64,000 bases of DNA from Candidatus Magasanikbacteria bacterium CG11_big_fil_rev_8_21_14_0_20_39_34. Its GTDB lineage: Bacteria; Patescibacteriota; Patescibacteriia; Magasanikbacterales; UBA922. Under the pieces are notes generated by a model. The model saw only the letters and a program-made list of their open reading frames with translations. It did not search any database and was not told where the DNA came from. Numbering within the stretch: the stretch's first letter is position 1; each line of letters opens with the position of its first letter. A program made the translations under genes and the position numbers. The stretch covers positions 248,996 through 312,995 of the forward strand of contig PCWN01000007.1 of NCBI GenBank assembly GCA_002787355.1, written 5' to 3'. Shown piece after piece: positions 1 through 10,879 of the stretch.

Positions 1-598
1 CACCGGGAAGTTCTGCAGAGGCAATGCGTACTTTGAGTGCTTCTTCATAGTCCATGTCATCTAAAATTACAATAGACTCGTAACTATATAAACTATATTC
101 CTGAATAGTCGCATCAATATCTTCATATGATATACCTGAAATTTTTGAAAGCTTTTTGAGAACAAGCTTCTTCTCTTCCTTATTTTGCGGGAGATCTTGT
201 GGAAGAATAACCAATGCAAAGCTTGGTATATTTTCTGTTAATTGAACACCATTTCTATCAAATATCAAACCTCTTTCCGCCTGAATTGGGAGGGTTCTTT
301 GTCGATTTCCCTCTGCGAGTACTCGCATGTCTTCGCCATGTACAATTTGAAGGTAAAAAAGCCGTATGAGCAAAAGTGAAAATACAATACAGATGAATCC
401 AAAAAAAACTCTGTGACCAGAAAAAAGAAAACTTTTTCCTACATGTTCACCACTAAAAACAACTGGGATTTGCTTGTGTGTTCCTTTTTCAAAATTAAAT
501 GAATCCTCGACCCAATTCAGCCTATATCTCCCAAAAAGTTTTGGGAAATTTTCATTGTCTATCTCGAGTCCAAAGAGATTTTTTTTTCCTTGATCCAT
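1..598 (-). CDS. mrdA: Penicillin-binding protein 2 (peptidoglycan transpeptidase), N-terminal part; the gene runs off the window edge
   Basis: The minus-strand ORF starts with ATG at 598..596 and translates as MDQGKKNLFGLEIDNENFPKLFGRYRL..., with an N-terminal TM helix and an ERGLIFDRNGVQL motif typical of the PBP dimerisation domain. It lies immediately downstream of mreBCD in the conserved order. It is absent from the ORF track because it is truncated by the window edge. Confidence 0.6.
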   Translation of the reverse strand, partial: MDQGKKNLFGLEIDNENFPKLFGRYRLNWVEDSFNFEKGTHKQIPVVFSGEHVGKSFLFSGHRVFFGFICIVFSLLLIRLFYLQIVHGEDMRVLAEGNRQRTLPIQAERGLIFDRNGVQLTENIPSFALVILPQDLPQNKEEKKLVLKKLSKISGISYEDIDATIQEYSLYSYESIVILDDMDYEEALKVRIASAELPG

Positions 599-603
599 AG
601 ATG

Positions 604-1122
604 TTATGAAAAAGCAATTTTTTTATTCCGAAAAATTTTGTGTAAAAATGGATAACTTATGAGAATTGCAGCACCCGTAAAAAGTGCCTCCCAAGCAAAA
701 GTAACTGAAATAAGGATCGCAGAAATGGCAATCTGATGAAAAAATGAAAAAATAAAGAGTACTCCCAAATAGAGTCCACGATATATTGCCAAAGACAGTA
801 CAAGAAGACCAAGTAAAGCAAAGATCGATCTATTCGTAAAGAGGTACATAAAGAGCCAGTATGAAAAAAGTACAGAGATGGGTCCAATAACTAAAAGAAG
901 ACCAAAGGGAGTACCCGTATACAAGTCAAGTATAAAAAAAAGAACAAATGCAACCCAAACAATTCGTCCGGAACCTCCCCAAAAAATAGAATTTACAAAA
1001 AAGAAAAAAAGAATATTGAGATGATCAAACGGATATGGAAGTAAGTAAAGACAAGTAAAATGAAGAAATATTACCAAAAATAAAATACAAATCCAACCAA
1101 TTGTTTTTAAAAGAGAATTCAT
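604..1122 (-). CDS. mreD: Rod shape-determining protein MreD (polytopic membrane protein)
   Basis: A 172-aa highly hydrophobic multi-TM protein directly downstream of mreC, matching the mreBCD operon position. Confidence 0.5.
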   Translation of the reverse strand: MNSLLKTIGWICILFLVIFLHFTCLYLLPYPFDHLNILFFFFVNSIFWGGSGRIVWVAFVLFFILDLYTGTPFGLLLVIGPISVLFSYWLFMYLFTNRSIFALLGLLVLSLAIYRGLYLGVLFIFSFFHQIAISAILISVTFAWEALFTGAAILISYPFLHKIFRNKKIAFS

Positions 1123-1125
1123 ACC

Positions 1126-1923
1126 CTAAGAAATAATAACTGAAACAATATGCACATTCCCTATTTGAGGATATGGTGTCAAAATAGCCCGTTGAAAAGG
1201 TTTGTATGGTTCTTTTTCAGTGGCCTGGATATTTCCTATAATAAGCCCACGGGGAATTTGATCTTCTAAACCGGAGGTAATAACACTATCTCCTACAGAT
1301 ATGACTTCATTTTGTGGAATGAGATTCATACGTACAGATAAACCAAACCCCCCTTCCACAACTCCCATACTTTTTTCTGTATTGAGGACCGTTGCAGCAA
1401 TGGCACTCTGATTATCATATATCAAACGCAAGACACTTTGGTTATCTTCTACACGTGCTATTTTTCCAATAAGATACCCACCACCAGCAATTACGGGTTG
1501 TCCAACTTCTATCCCCTGGTTTCTTCCAAGGTTAATAAGCATGGTATTTCCAACAGGTTCAACATTTAAACCAATTACTTGTGCACTCTTGTACTTATAA
1601 TCTGTCTTCTGTAAAAAGTTGAGTTGCTGTTTGAGCTGTTCGTTTTCATTTTTTAAAAGACCAAGTTGTGTATTGATAAGATCATAATCTTGCTGCCGAG
1701 TTAAAAGATCTTTGTACGCACTTTGGAGATCTTCAATGGATTCAAAATTTACTGTGTTATCATTAATCTGCATGCTCACTGAATAAAGTTCTGTGGAAAC
1801 AGGATTTATGATTCGCCGAATTCCATTTTCAAAAAAATTAAGTACACCAAAATAATGTAAACTAATGGTCACAAGAATGATGACGAAAAAAAGCAATAGA
1901 AATTGCAACTTTTTATTTCTCAT
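1126..1923 (-). CDS. mreC: Rod shape-determining protein MreC
   Basis: It has an N-terminal TM segment, a coiled-coil segment (LNTQLGLLKNENEQLKQQLNFLQK) and a beta-rich C-terminus. It sits between mreB and mreD. Confidence 0.7.
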   Translation of the reverse strand: MRNKKLQFLLLFFVIILVTISLHYFGVLNFFENGIRRIINPVSTELYSVSMQINDNTVNFESIEDLQSAYKDLLTRQQDYDLINTQLGLLKNENEQLKQQLNFLQKTDYKYKSAQVIGLNVEPVGNTMLINLGRNQGIEVGQPVIAGGGYLIGKIARVEDNQSVLRLIYDNQSAIAATVLNTEKSMGVVEGGFGLSVRMNLIPQNEVISVGDSVITSGLEDQIPRGLIIGNIQATEKEPYKPFQRAILTPYPQIGNVHIVSVIIS

Positions 1924-1934
1924 ACCAACTATGC

Positions 1935-2975
1935 TTAATCTCTGGCTGAAGGAAGTGCGATTTCTTTGAGAAGCTGTTCATCTTCAAGAAGGATACCGGT
2001 CCCACGAACCACAGCTGTAAGTGGATCATCAGCTACTCGAACTGGAATTTCTGCTACATTTGCAATAACCTTATCGAGCCCACGCAAAAGTGAACCTCCC
2101 CCTGCAAGAAGAAGACCCCTTTCATGGATGTCTGCGGTAAGTTCTGGTGGAGTCACCTCCAAAGTCATACGTACAAGGTCAAGAATAGCCTTGATGGAAC
2201 GATCAAGTGCAAGTTTTATATGCTCATTACTTACCATAACTTCTCGAGGAAGGCCGGTTACCACATCACGGCCACGCATTGGGAATTCAATTTTTTCATC
2301 TCCCAAAAGTGCAGCCCCAATTTTTATTTTTACTTGTTCTGCATAACTCTCACCAATAAAGAGATTGAACACTTCACGCGCATATTGGATAATATTTCTA
2401 TTCATTTCATCTCCGGCAATATCAATAGAACGCCAGGTAACGACTCCATTAAGAGATATAATAGCAACTTCTGTATTTCCGCCACCAATGTCTACAATCA
2501 TATTTCCAACCGGGTCTTGAATAGGCATTCTACATCCAATAGCAGCAGCCATAGGTTCTTGTACTAAGAACACCTCGCTGGCCCCGGCTGCAATAGTTGC
2601 ATCTTCTACTGCTTTGCGTTCTACTTCGGTTACTTCAAGAGGAACACAAATAACAACTTTTGGCCTATGAGTAAATGAAAGTCCACCTTCACTTACTTTA
2701 GAAAGAAAATATTTCAACATTTTTTCTGCAACTTCATAGTCAGAAATAATACCTCCCGTAAGCGGACGGGTCACCTCAATATGTGGAGGAGTTTTTCCAA
2801 GCATGTCTTTTGCTTCATTTCCCACGGCCAAAATTTGTTCGGTACGGGTATTGACGGCCACAACCGTTGGCTCATTGATAACAATCCCCTTTTCTTGTAC
2901 GTACAACAAAGTATTGGCCGTTCCGAGGTCAATACCAATTTTCATTCCAAACCTATTAAAAATGCGTCTAAACAT
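1935..2975 (-). CDS. mreB: Rod shape-determining actin-like protein MreB
   Basis: It carries the actin/MreB signature IGIDLGTANTLLYV and DIGGGNTEVAIIS over 346 aa. Confidence 0.9.
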   Translation of the reverse strand: MFRRIFNRFGMKIGIDLGTANTLLYVQEKGIVINEPTVVAVNTRTEQILAVGNEAKDMLGKTPPHIEVTRPLTGGIISDYEVAEKMLKYFLSKVSEGGLSFTHRPKVVICVPLEVTEVERKAVEDATIAAGASEVFLVQEPMAAAIGCRMPIQDPVGNMIVDIGGGNTEVAIISLNGVVTWRSIDIAGDEMNRNIIQYAREVFNLFIGESYAEQVKIKIGAALLGDEKIEFPMRGRDVVTGLPREVMVSNEHIKLALDRSIKAILDLVRMTLEVTPPELTADIHERGLLLAGGGSLLRGLDKVIANVAEIPVRVADDPLTAVVRGTGILLEDEQLLKEIALPSARD

Positions 2976-4209
2976 AAATATTTTCTATTTTAACAAACTC
3001 TGCTTCATCTTTGGTACGAAGTTTCATTTCGAGAGTTTCATTTTCCAGTGTCTTTTGACTTACAATATAGCGTTTTGGAATTCCCAAAAGATCACTTTCT
3101 GCAAATTTTTGACCAGCACTTACGTCTTCTCTATCGTCAAAGAGTACCTCAACTCCACTTGCTTTGAGTTTTTGATAAATTTCTTCTGCTTGCTTCTTGT
3201 CATTTTCTTCCCTACAAAGAGAGATGAGATGCACCTGAAATGGGGCCACTGATTCTGGCCACACAATTCCCTTTTCATCTGCAAAACGTTCTACAATAAC
3301 TCCCATCAGTCGAGTAATGCCAATTCCGTAAGAACCAAGGTGGACAGGAATATTTTTTCCGGTATTGTCAACATAATTTAATCCTAACTGTTCGGTCTTG
3401 AGTGTTCCAAAGTTAAAGATATTTCCAACTTCTGCAGTTTTTACCAAAGTAAGTTCCTCTTTGGTTACTCCTAAATCGTTCAACGTTTCTTCATTGAGCA
3501 CTTCTTCATTTATGGCAATGTTCTTTTCTCGATTTATGTAAATCATGTCCTCCCCAGCATCGGTAATGGTTTGAAATTCGTGACTAAACTGCGTAAAGGC
3601 ACCTCCGGAAGCAAATGTTACAAAGGTATCATCTTTGAGCCCAACACGCTCAAATACGCGCATATACGCCTCTATAACCCCATTATAAAATGCTTCATGC
3701 TGTTGTTCATCGGTAGCATAGGAATACATATCTTTCATAACAAATTCCCGACCACGCATAATTCCACTTTTTGCCCGCAACTCATTCCGAAGTTTGGTTT
3801 GAAACTGGTATACATAAATAGGCAGATCCTTGTAACTGGAAATATAGTGCTTCATCATCTCAGTGATTGGTTCTTCATGAGACCATCCAAATCCTAACTC
3901 GACACCATTTTTTAGGGAAGATTTAAACCATACATCAACTTTCTCATCATCCCAACGATCTGTTTGTTCCCAAAGCTCTTTGCGTTGGAGTGCAGTCATG
4001 ATCAATTCTTGTCCTCCAATGGCATCCATTTCCTCACGAACAATCTGTTTTATTTTTTCAAGGACTCGAATACCCAAAGGAAGATATGCATATACACCTG
4101 CCATTTCTTTATAAATATAACCAGCACGAATAAGAAGTTGAGCATTAAATGCTACTTCTCCTGCAGGTGCTTCTTTTCGAGCTTTCGTAAAAAGGAGTGA
4201 TTGACGCAT
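2968..4209 (-). CDS. proS: Prolyl-tRNA synthetase, compact class II form (413 aa, no editing-domain insertion)
   Basis: The N-terminus MRQSLLFTKARKEAPAGEVAFNAQLLIRAGYI matches ProRS, it has class II motifs, and the C-terminal anticodon-binding region includes GIPKRYIVSQKT. Confidence 0.85.
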   Translation of the reverse strand: MRQSLLFTKARKEAPAGEVAFNAQLLIRAGYIYKEMAGVYAYLPLGIRVLEKIKQIVREEMDAIGGQELIMTALQRKELWEQTDRWDDEKVDVWFKSSLKNGVELGFGWSHEEPITEMMKHYISSYKDLPIYVYQFQTKLRNELRAKSGIMRGREFVMKDMYSYATDEQQHEAFYNGVIEAYMRVFERVGLKDDTFVTFASGGAFTQFSHEFQTITDAGEDMIYINREKNIAINEEVLNEETLNDLGVTKEELTLVKTAEVGNIFNFGTLKTEQLGLNYVDNTGKNIPVHLGSYGIGITRLMGVIVERFADEKGIVWPESVAPFQVHLISLCREENDKKQAEEIYQKLKASGVEVLFDDREDVSAGQKFAESDLLGIPKRYIVSQKTLENETLEMKLRTKDEAEFVKIENIYV

Positions 4210-4210
4210 A

Positions 4211-4651
4211 TTATATATGATTATGTTCTTTCAGGCTACGCTTCAACAAATAAGACAAACCCAAAGCTAAGATAAAAAAAGAAAAATTCCATATGGTGAG
4301 TAACCCTCTCCCTTGAAGAAAGAGTAAAAAAATAAGAACGAGAGAGAGAATGAGAGATTGCTTGAAACTTTTGGTAACAAGACGGTAGATCGGGGGCGGA
4401 ACCTTGACTAGGTATGAATAGGCCAAAAAAAATAATAATGAGAATGATCCCACGAATGCAAAACAAAGGCTCAGATAAAAAAAGATAAATCCTAAACTGT
4501 TACTTGTAAAAGGATCAATATTAAAAAGGACTACCACAAAGGAAGCCCAACAGAGAAGGGTTGCCATGAGCATTACGATAATATATTGCTTGAGTTTCAT
4601 AAAAAAAAGCCATTCTATGGCCATTTTATCGTATAAAAGCAATGTTTGCAA
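4211..4651 (-). CDS. Hypothetical membrane protein (about 4 TM)
   Basis: A 146-aa hydrophobic ORF with no recognisable motif. It is tightly packed between proS and the DUF721 gene. Confidence 0.35.
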   Translation of the reverse strand: MQTLLLYDKMAIEWLFFMKLKQYIIVMLMATLLCWASFVVVLFNIDPFTSNSLGFIFFYLSLCFAFVGSFSLLFFLAYSYLVKVPPPIYRLVTKSFKQSLILSLVLIFLLFLQGRGLLTIWNFSFFILALGLSYLLKRSLKEHNHI

Positions 4652-4661
4652 GGGGATGATT

Positions 4662-4952
4662 TTATGAGAGATACCGTATCCTGTCTACCTCTTTTTTCCC
4701 TAATTTTTCATTGATTTTTGCAACTAAATCCTCATGGTGAAGACGAATCTCTTGAGCTATTACACTGCTTGCGCAGGAGACCGTAAGTGTCCTGTTTTTC
4801 AAAAAGAGGGGTCTAATATAAGCCATTTTTTCTTGATCAAAAAAGGAGGCAAAAGCTTTTTCTGCAATCTCAACAACGCGGGATGCATCAATTTGATCTT
4901 GTAGGGAGGTATTTTGCATTTTTTTGCGTATAGCGTCTCCAAGTGATTGCAT
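4662..4952 (-). CDS. DUF721 (DciA-like) small protein
   Basis: A 96-aa protein with the pattern typical of the DUF721 family (LTVSCASSVIAQEIRLHHEDLVAKINEKLG). These are often encoded near replication or repair genes, and here it is adjacent to a helicase-nuclease. Confidence 0.45.
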   Translation of the reverse strand: MQSLGDAIRKKMQNTSLQDQIDASRVVEIAEKAFASFFDQEKMAYIRPLFLKNRTLTVSCASSVIAQEIRLHHEDLVAKINEKLGKKEVDRIRYLS

Positions 4953-4968
4953 GCAATTATACTAAAAG

Positions 4969-7938
4969 TTAAAGTTCTCGATATTCACAAATTTCCTTGA
5001 AATCACAAAATTTACAGGTAAACTTATTGGGTTTTGCAGTAAAGTCTTTGGTATGTATACCATCGATGGTCTTTACTATCTTTGCCTGTAATTTTTCAAG
5101 GTCTTTATTTTCTCCTATAAAACTTGTCTTTACGTTATCATTTAGATAGTAAAAAGTCAACTTGGAGACCGGTCCAATGTGTCTATATTCAGGAAGACTT
5201 TCTGCAGCTATTTGGTAGATAAGCAGCTGCTCTTTATCCTCTGATGTTAGCTTTTCTTTCGTAGCACCCGTTTTATAATCAATAATCTCAATGGACTTAT
5301 CATCATGTTGATCAATCCTATCAATTCTTCCATGAAGAAGATAGTCCCCTACTTGAATCTTAAACCAACTTTCCAATCCCACGGGGACACTCCAATTCCC
5401 TTCTTGAGCTGCATAAAATGTTTGTAAAATTTCTTTTCCTTTTTCAAAGTAACTATCTTTTTGTGATGTACTTTTAAACCAATCATCTATCCAATTCCTT
5501 TTATACAGTGCAAGAAGTTCCTCCAAAGATGGAACTTGTACAGTGTTGCTATCGCGCGGAGGCTGAACAAACTCGGCAAAAAGTGAAACTTGTTTTGCAG
5601 AATTTTTTTCCTGAACCAGTTTATAAAAATCTTGAAGTGTTTTGTGCATGGTATTTCCAAAGCTAAAACTGGCACTTCCTTTCGTGGGAATTTTGAGTAT
5701 ATGTGCAAGTTTGTACTGATACGGACATGTTTCATAAGCCTTGATCTGAGAAAATGAAAATACTTTTGGAATATCATACACAACACCTTGCTTTTCCTGG
5801 GAGATATTTGTCTGTGTATCGGCAATAGAAAAAAGTGCTTCCATGTTCTTTTGAAGATTTTTTTCTTTGGCAATATCAATCCCTGACTCTCCAATAAAAC
5901 GAGAAATTTTTTTCTTTCTTTGTCCACCATAATCATCTGCACTACAGAGATACACACGTTCTTTCGCCCGTGTAAGTGCAACATACATAAGTCTTCTTTC
6001 TTCTTGATAGTGTATTTGGTGAGAAGAAATCTGTTCATGTATAAGCTCTTCTGGGACCTCAATGCCTTTTGATTGGGATCGTGAAGGAAAGCGCTCTTCT
6101 ACTGCGTCTAAAATAAAAACATATCTAAATTCCAAACCCTTGGCCGCATGAACCGTCATGATATTCACTGAATCCGGTGTGTCGGTTGGTTGATAGAGTT
6201 GACCTTCATCTCCAGCATCAAGGATATGTTCATAATTTTTCATAAAATGCTTAAGGTGCGGATCCGTGGTAGTTTGTTCATATTTTGTAAGAAGTTCAAA
6301 GAACTGCTTCAGTTGGTAAATTTGTCGAATGATTTCTGCATTTCCCTCTTCCTCTTTTTGTGTAAGATAAGAAAGATAACCGCTTTGCTCCAAAAATTGA
6401 TACAGTAATGTGGACGGCTTTTGTCCTCGTGCATTTTTCATTCCATCATGGATAATATTAACCACCTTATTACAGATATGAATTCCCTCCTGTGACACCC
6501 CAAACTCAGCAGCACGTTTGAGAAGAACATAGTAAGACAAACTTTTCTTTTTTGAAGCAAAAGTGATTTTTTGTATATCAGATTCTTTGAGTTCTAAAAA
6601 AGGAAGCCGAAGAAGTCGATACATGGCGCTATCTTCTTTATGCTGGTCTAACACACGAAAAAAATTAACACAATCAAGTACAAGCGGTTGGCGAAATAAA
6701 CCAGATGCTGCCAAAAATTCATAAGGAATTTTTGCCTTCTGTAACATATCAATATACGGCGTCGCATGACCATTTGCACGTACAAGAAGCGCAAAATCGT
6801 CCCATACAGCATCTTTATTATCCTGTTTTAAACGCAAAATTTCTTGTGCAACAGAAAAAATAAGATCCGTTTGGGTATCAAAATGAAAATGCTCTACGCT
6901 CTTTTGAGAGCTTTGTTTTTTTTGTGAGATAAGTTTTTTATCCAGCTGTAGTTTTACTTCCAAACGATCTGGATTATTATGCTGTACCAGTGTATGTGCG
7001 GCATCTAATATAGGTTGAGCAGAACGATAATTTTCTGAAAGTACAACTTCATGTGCCGTAGGAAAATCTTCTTTAAAACGCAAAATGTTGGAAACCGATG
7101 CCCCTCGGAACGCATAGATAGCTTGGTCATCATCCCCCACCACAGTAAGGTGTGCATGCTCTGAAAGACACTGGATGAGTCGGTATTGTGACCAATTGAC
7201 ATCTTGAAATTCATCCAAAAGTATATATTTAAATCTTTGTGAAAATTCTTTTTTTATCATTGGTCTTTCCTCCAATAACTTTACAGAGTAATAAATAAGA
7301 TCCGCAAAATCCATGCAAGCATTATCAAGTAACAGCTGATTGTAAACTTTGTACGCTTGTGCAATTTCCAGAAGTCTTTTCTTCTCATCTGCTTCATCCT
7401 CTTGAAACACCCGCTTATTTACATATTCTAGATACTCTTCCGGACTTATCATTTCATCTTTGCATTTTTGAAAATGAGAAATAAAATCATGAATATGTTT
7501 GGTTGGGTTCCCCAAAGGTTTGTAATATTCCAACGGAAACAAATCTAGGTTTTCTTGTACCAAGAGCCAGCATTCTGTTTGAGTCAGAAGTCGAAATTGT
7601 GTTGAAAGTCCAATATCAATACCAAAATTTTCTATAATTTTTTTGCAAAAATTATGAAAAGTAGATATTTGCATATCCAGATACCCAGTTTCCAGAAGAG
7701 CATCTACACGCTCCTCCATTTCAGAAGCCGCTTTTTCTGTAAATGTAATAGCCAAAATTTCCTCAGCCTTTCCCAGTTGGGACTTTATAATATGTGCAAT
7801 TTTTTCAGAAATTACCGTAGTTTTTCCTGTCCCAGCTCCGGCAATAATAAGAAGCGGATTATCAAAATAAAGAACCGCTTCTTTCTGTGCAGCATTGAGT
7901 TGTGTTTGTTTTTTATCCATTTTATTGCCCAAAAACAA
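4969..7938 (-). CDS. UvrD/PcrA-like superfamily 1 helicase fused to a C-terminal PD-(D/E)xK Cas4/AddB-like nuclease domain with a Cys cluster
   Basis: It has Walker A AGAGTGKTT, UvrD-type helicase motifs (VVGDDDQAIYAFRGA, LSENYRS), and a C-terminal ETCPYQYK ... CKFCDFKEICEY (C-x2-C-x5-C) region typical of Fe-S RecB-family nucleases. Total length is 989 aa. Confidence 0.8.
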   Translation of the reverse strand: MFLGNKMDKKQTQLNAAQKEAVLYFDNPLLIIAGAGTGKTTVISEKIAHIIKSQLGKAEEILAITFTEKAASEMEERVDALLETGYLDMQISTFHNFCKKIIENFGIDIGLSTQFRLLTQTECWLLVQENLDLFPLEYYKPLGNPTKHIHDFISHFQKCKDEMISPEEYLEYVNKRVFQEDEADEKKRLLEIAQAYKVYNQLLLDNACMDFADLIYYSVKLLEERPMIKKEFSQRFKYILLDEFQDVNWSQYRLIQCLSEHAHLTVVGDDDQAIYAFRGASVSNILRFKEDFPTAHEVVLSENYRSAQPILDAAHTLVQHNNPDRLEVKLQLDKKLISQKKQSSQKSVEHFHFDTQTDLIFSVAQEILRLKQDNKDAVWDDFALLVRANGHATPYIDMLQKAKIPYEFLAASGLFRQPLVLDCVNFFRVLDQHKEDSAMYRLLRLPFLELKESDIQKITFASKKKSLSYYVLLKRAAEFGVSQEGIHICNKVVNIIHDGMKNARGQKPSTLLYQFLEQSGYLSYLTQKEEEGNAEIIRQIYQLKQFFELLTKYEQTTTDPHLKHFMKNYEHILDAGDEGQLYQPTDTPDSVNIMTVHAAKGLEFRYVFILDAVEERFPSRSQSKGIEVPEELIHEQISSHQIHYQEERRLMYVALTRAKERVYLCSADDYGGQRKKKISRFIGESGIDIAKEKNLQKNMEALFSIADTQTNISQEKQGVVYDIPKVFSFSQIKAYETCPYQYKLAHILKIPTKGSASFSFGNTMHKTLQDFYKLVQEKNSAKQVSLFAEFVQPPRDSNTVQVPSLEELLALYKRNWIDDWFKSTSQKDSYFEKGKEILQTFYAAQEGNWSVPVGLESWFKIQVGDYLLHGRIDRIDQHDDKSIEIIDYKTGATKEKLTSEDKEQLLIYQIAAESLPEYRHIGPVSKLTFYYLNDNVKTSFIGENKDLEKLQAKIVKTIDGIHTKDFTAKPNKFTCKFCDFKEICEYREL

Positions 7939-7949
7939 ATTTTTTAGAT

Positions 7950-7975
7950 ATAAAAACCAGGCATAAAGCCCGGTC
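7950..7975 (-). terminator. Rho-independent terminator downstream of atpC
   Basis: On the minus strand there is a CCGGGC-UUUAU-GCCUGG hairpin followed by a U-run (plus-strand aaaaaccaggcataaagcccgg). Confidence 0.4.
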
Positions 7976-8009
7976 TTATTGTATCAATAAGTTCTCATGC
8001 AAACAAGGC

Positions 8010-8438
8010 TTAATTGAGATGGACTTCCCTATACTTACTTCCTACATGAATACGTGCCAATTCCTTCTCAATTTTTGCTTGTAACAAGGCAAAGTCAACA
8101 TCTGCCAGCTTATCTTCATTTTTGAGGAGTTCTTCTGCACGCTTGAGTGCGTCCTGAGCACGTGAAAGGTCAATTTCCTCTGCACGTTCAGCGGTATCTG
8201 CCATTATATACACTCTACTGTCCGATTGTATCTCCAAAAATCCCCCAGAAACAGCAACATTTATAGTACTCCCATCAACTTTATGAACATTCATCTCACC
8301 AGACTGTAATACAGAAATCAAAGGCGCATGTCTTTCACACACCGTAATCATACCATTGGTGGTAGGAATGGAGACTTTTTCTATTTCGTCGCTGTAGGTC
8401 ACTCCATAGGGAGTAACAATTTTAAAATCAATAGGCAT
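8010..8438 (-). CDS. atpC: F1 ATP synthase epsilon subunit
   Basis: A 142-aa protein, MPIDFKIVTPYGVTYSDEIEKVSIPTTNGMITV, at the last position of the atp operon. Confidence 0.85.
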   Translation of the reverse strand: MPIDFKIVTPYGVTYSDEIEKVSIPTTNGMITVCERHAPLISVLQSGEMNVHKVDGSTINVAVSGGFLEIQSDSRVYIMADTAERAEEIDLSRAQDALKRAEELLKNEDKLADVDFALLQAKIEKELARIHVGSKYREVHLN

Positions 8439-8462
8439 AATATAATGCTAGCGTATAAGTTC

Positions 8463-9875
<1,413 letters not shown>

Positions 9876-9899
9876 TTACAGTTATGTAATTAATGAATC

Positions 9900-10853
9900 T
9901 TATTCAAGTGCTGCCGCTCCTCCTGCAATTTCAGAAATTTCTTGTGTAATAGCAGCCTGTCTTGCCTTGTTAAAGGTCAACGTCAAGGAACCAATCATAT
10001 CCGAGGCGGCCTCACTCGCATTCTTCATAGCTACCATCCGTGCACTATGTTCACTTGCGGCTGACTCAAGTATAGTTTCAAACAACTGTACTTCCACAAG
10101 TCGTGGGATAATAGTATTGAGGATAGTTTCTAAATCCGGTTCAAATAAATAATTTTCAATTGGGAAAGGATCTTTATATGATTCATCCATTTCTTTTGGA
10201 AGTTGTTGCAAAGTTTTTTCCAAATCATGTTCTGAAATAGGAAGTAACTGCCTTATTTTTACCGTTTGAACCAAGGTAGATCCAAAATGTGTATACACAA
10301 CTGCAATCTTTTCATATTTCTTTTTCAAGAAGAGATCTACAACCATGTTGCTAATCGGAAGAACATCTTCGTAGGTTGGCTTTTCTGAAAGCTTATCAAA
10401 CACAGCTACCAAATCCAAACCATTTCTTTTTGCTATTAATGCACTCTTTTTTCCAATCCCCAAAACATCAATTTTTACATCTGACTCAGGTTCAATTTCA
10501 AAATCATTGGTAATTCTATGTTTTGAAAGATTTTGTTTGTCTTGTAAAAGTACTCCACATCTTTTGATTACATTGGCATTAAAACTTCCACATAATCCTC
10601 TATTTGAAGAAATAGCAATCAGTAACATGTTTTTGACTGGTCTTTTTTCTAGGAGAGGAAAATTTGGTTCGTCTACACGCGCAAGATGCGAAAGAATCTC
10701 AAGACAAAGGGACGCGTACATACGTGTAGAGAGTGCCGCATCTACCGCTCTTCGCATCTTTGCAGCAGAAACCATCTCCATTGCCTTGGTGATTTTTTTT
10801 GTGTTCTTTACAGATTTTATTCTGGCATTGATTGCCTTTGTAGAAACGGCCAT
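9900..10853 (-). CDS. atpG: F1 ATP synthase gamma subunit
   Basis: A 317-aa protein with the C-terminal ITQEISEIAGGAAAL helix conserved in gamma subunits. Confidence 0.9.
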   Translation of the reverse strand: MAVSTKAINARIKSVKNTKKITKAMEMVSAAKMRRAVDAALSTRMYASLCLEILSHLARVDEPNFPLLEKRPVKNMLLIAISSNRGLCGSFNANVIKRCGVLLQDKQNLSKHRITNDFEIEPESDVKIDVLGIGKKSALIAKRNGLDLVAVFDKLSEKPTYEDVLPISNMVVDLFLKKKYEKIAVVYTHFGSTLVQTVKIRQLLPISEHDLEKTLQQLPKEMDESYKDPFPIENYLFEPDLETILNTIIPRLVEVQLFETILESAASEHSARMVAMKNASEAASDMIGSLTLTFNKARQAAITQEISEIAGGAAALE

Positions 10854-10879
10854 AGTAGGTTCTTCTTTCTTGGAATCTT

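Noticed and set aside
1966-2567. Antisense ORFs inside mreB (1966..2346 +, 2124..2567 +) and similar antisense or shadow ORFs inside the atp genes, recQ, ligA, the giant gene and others
   Set aside because: They lie fully within, and antisense to, strongly conserved genes. They have low-complexity or odd composition. These are typical shadow ORFs.
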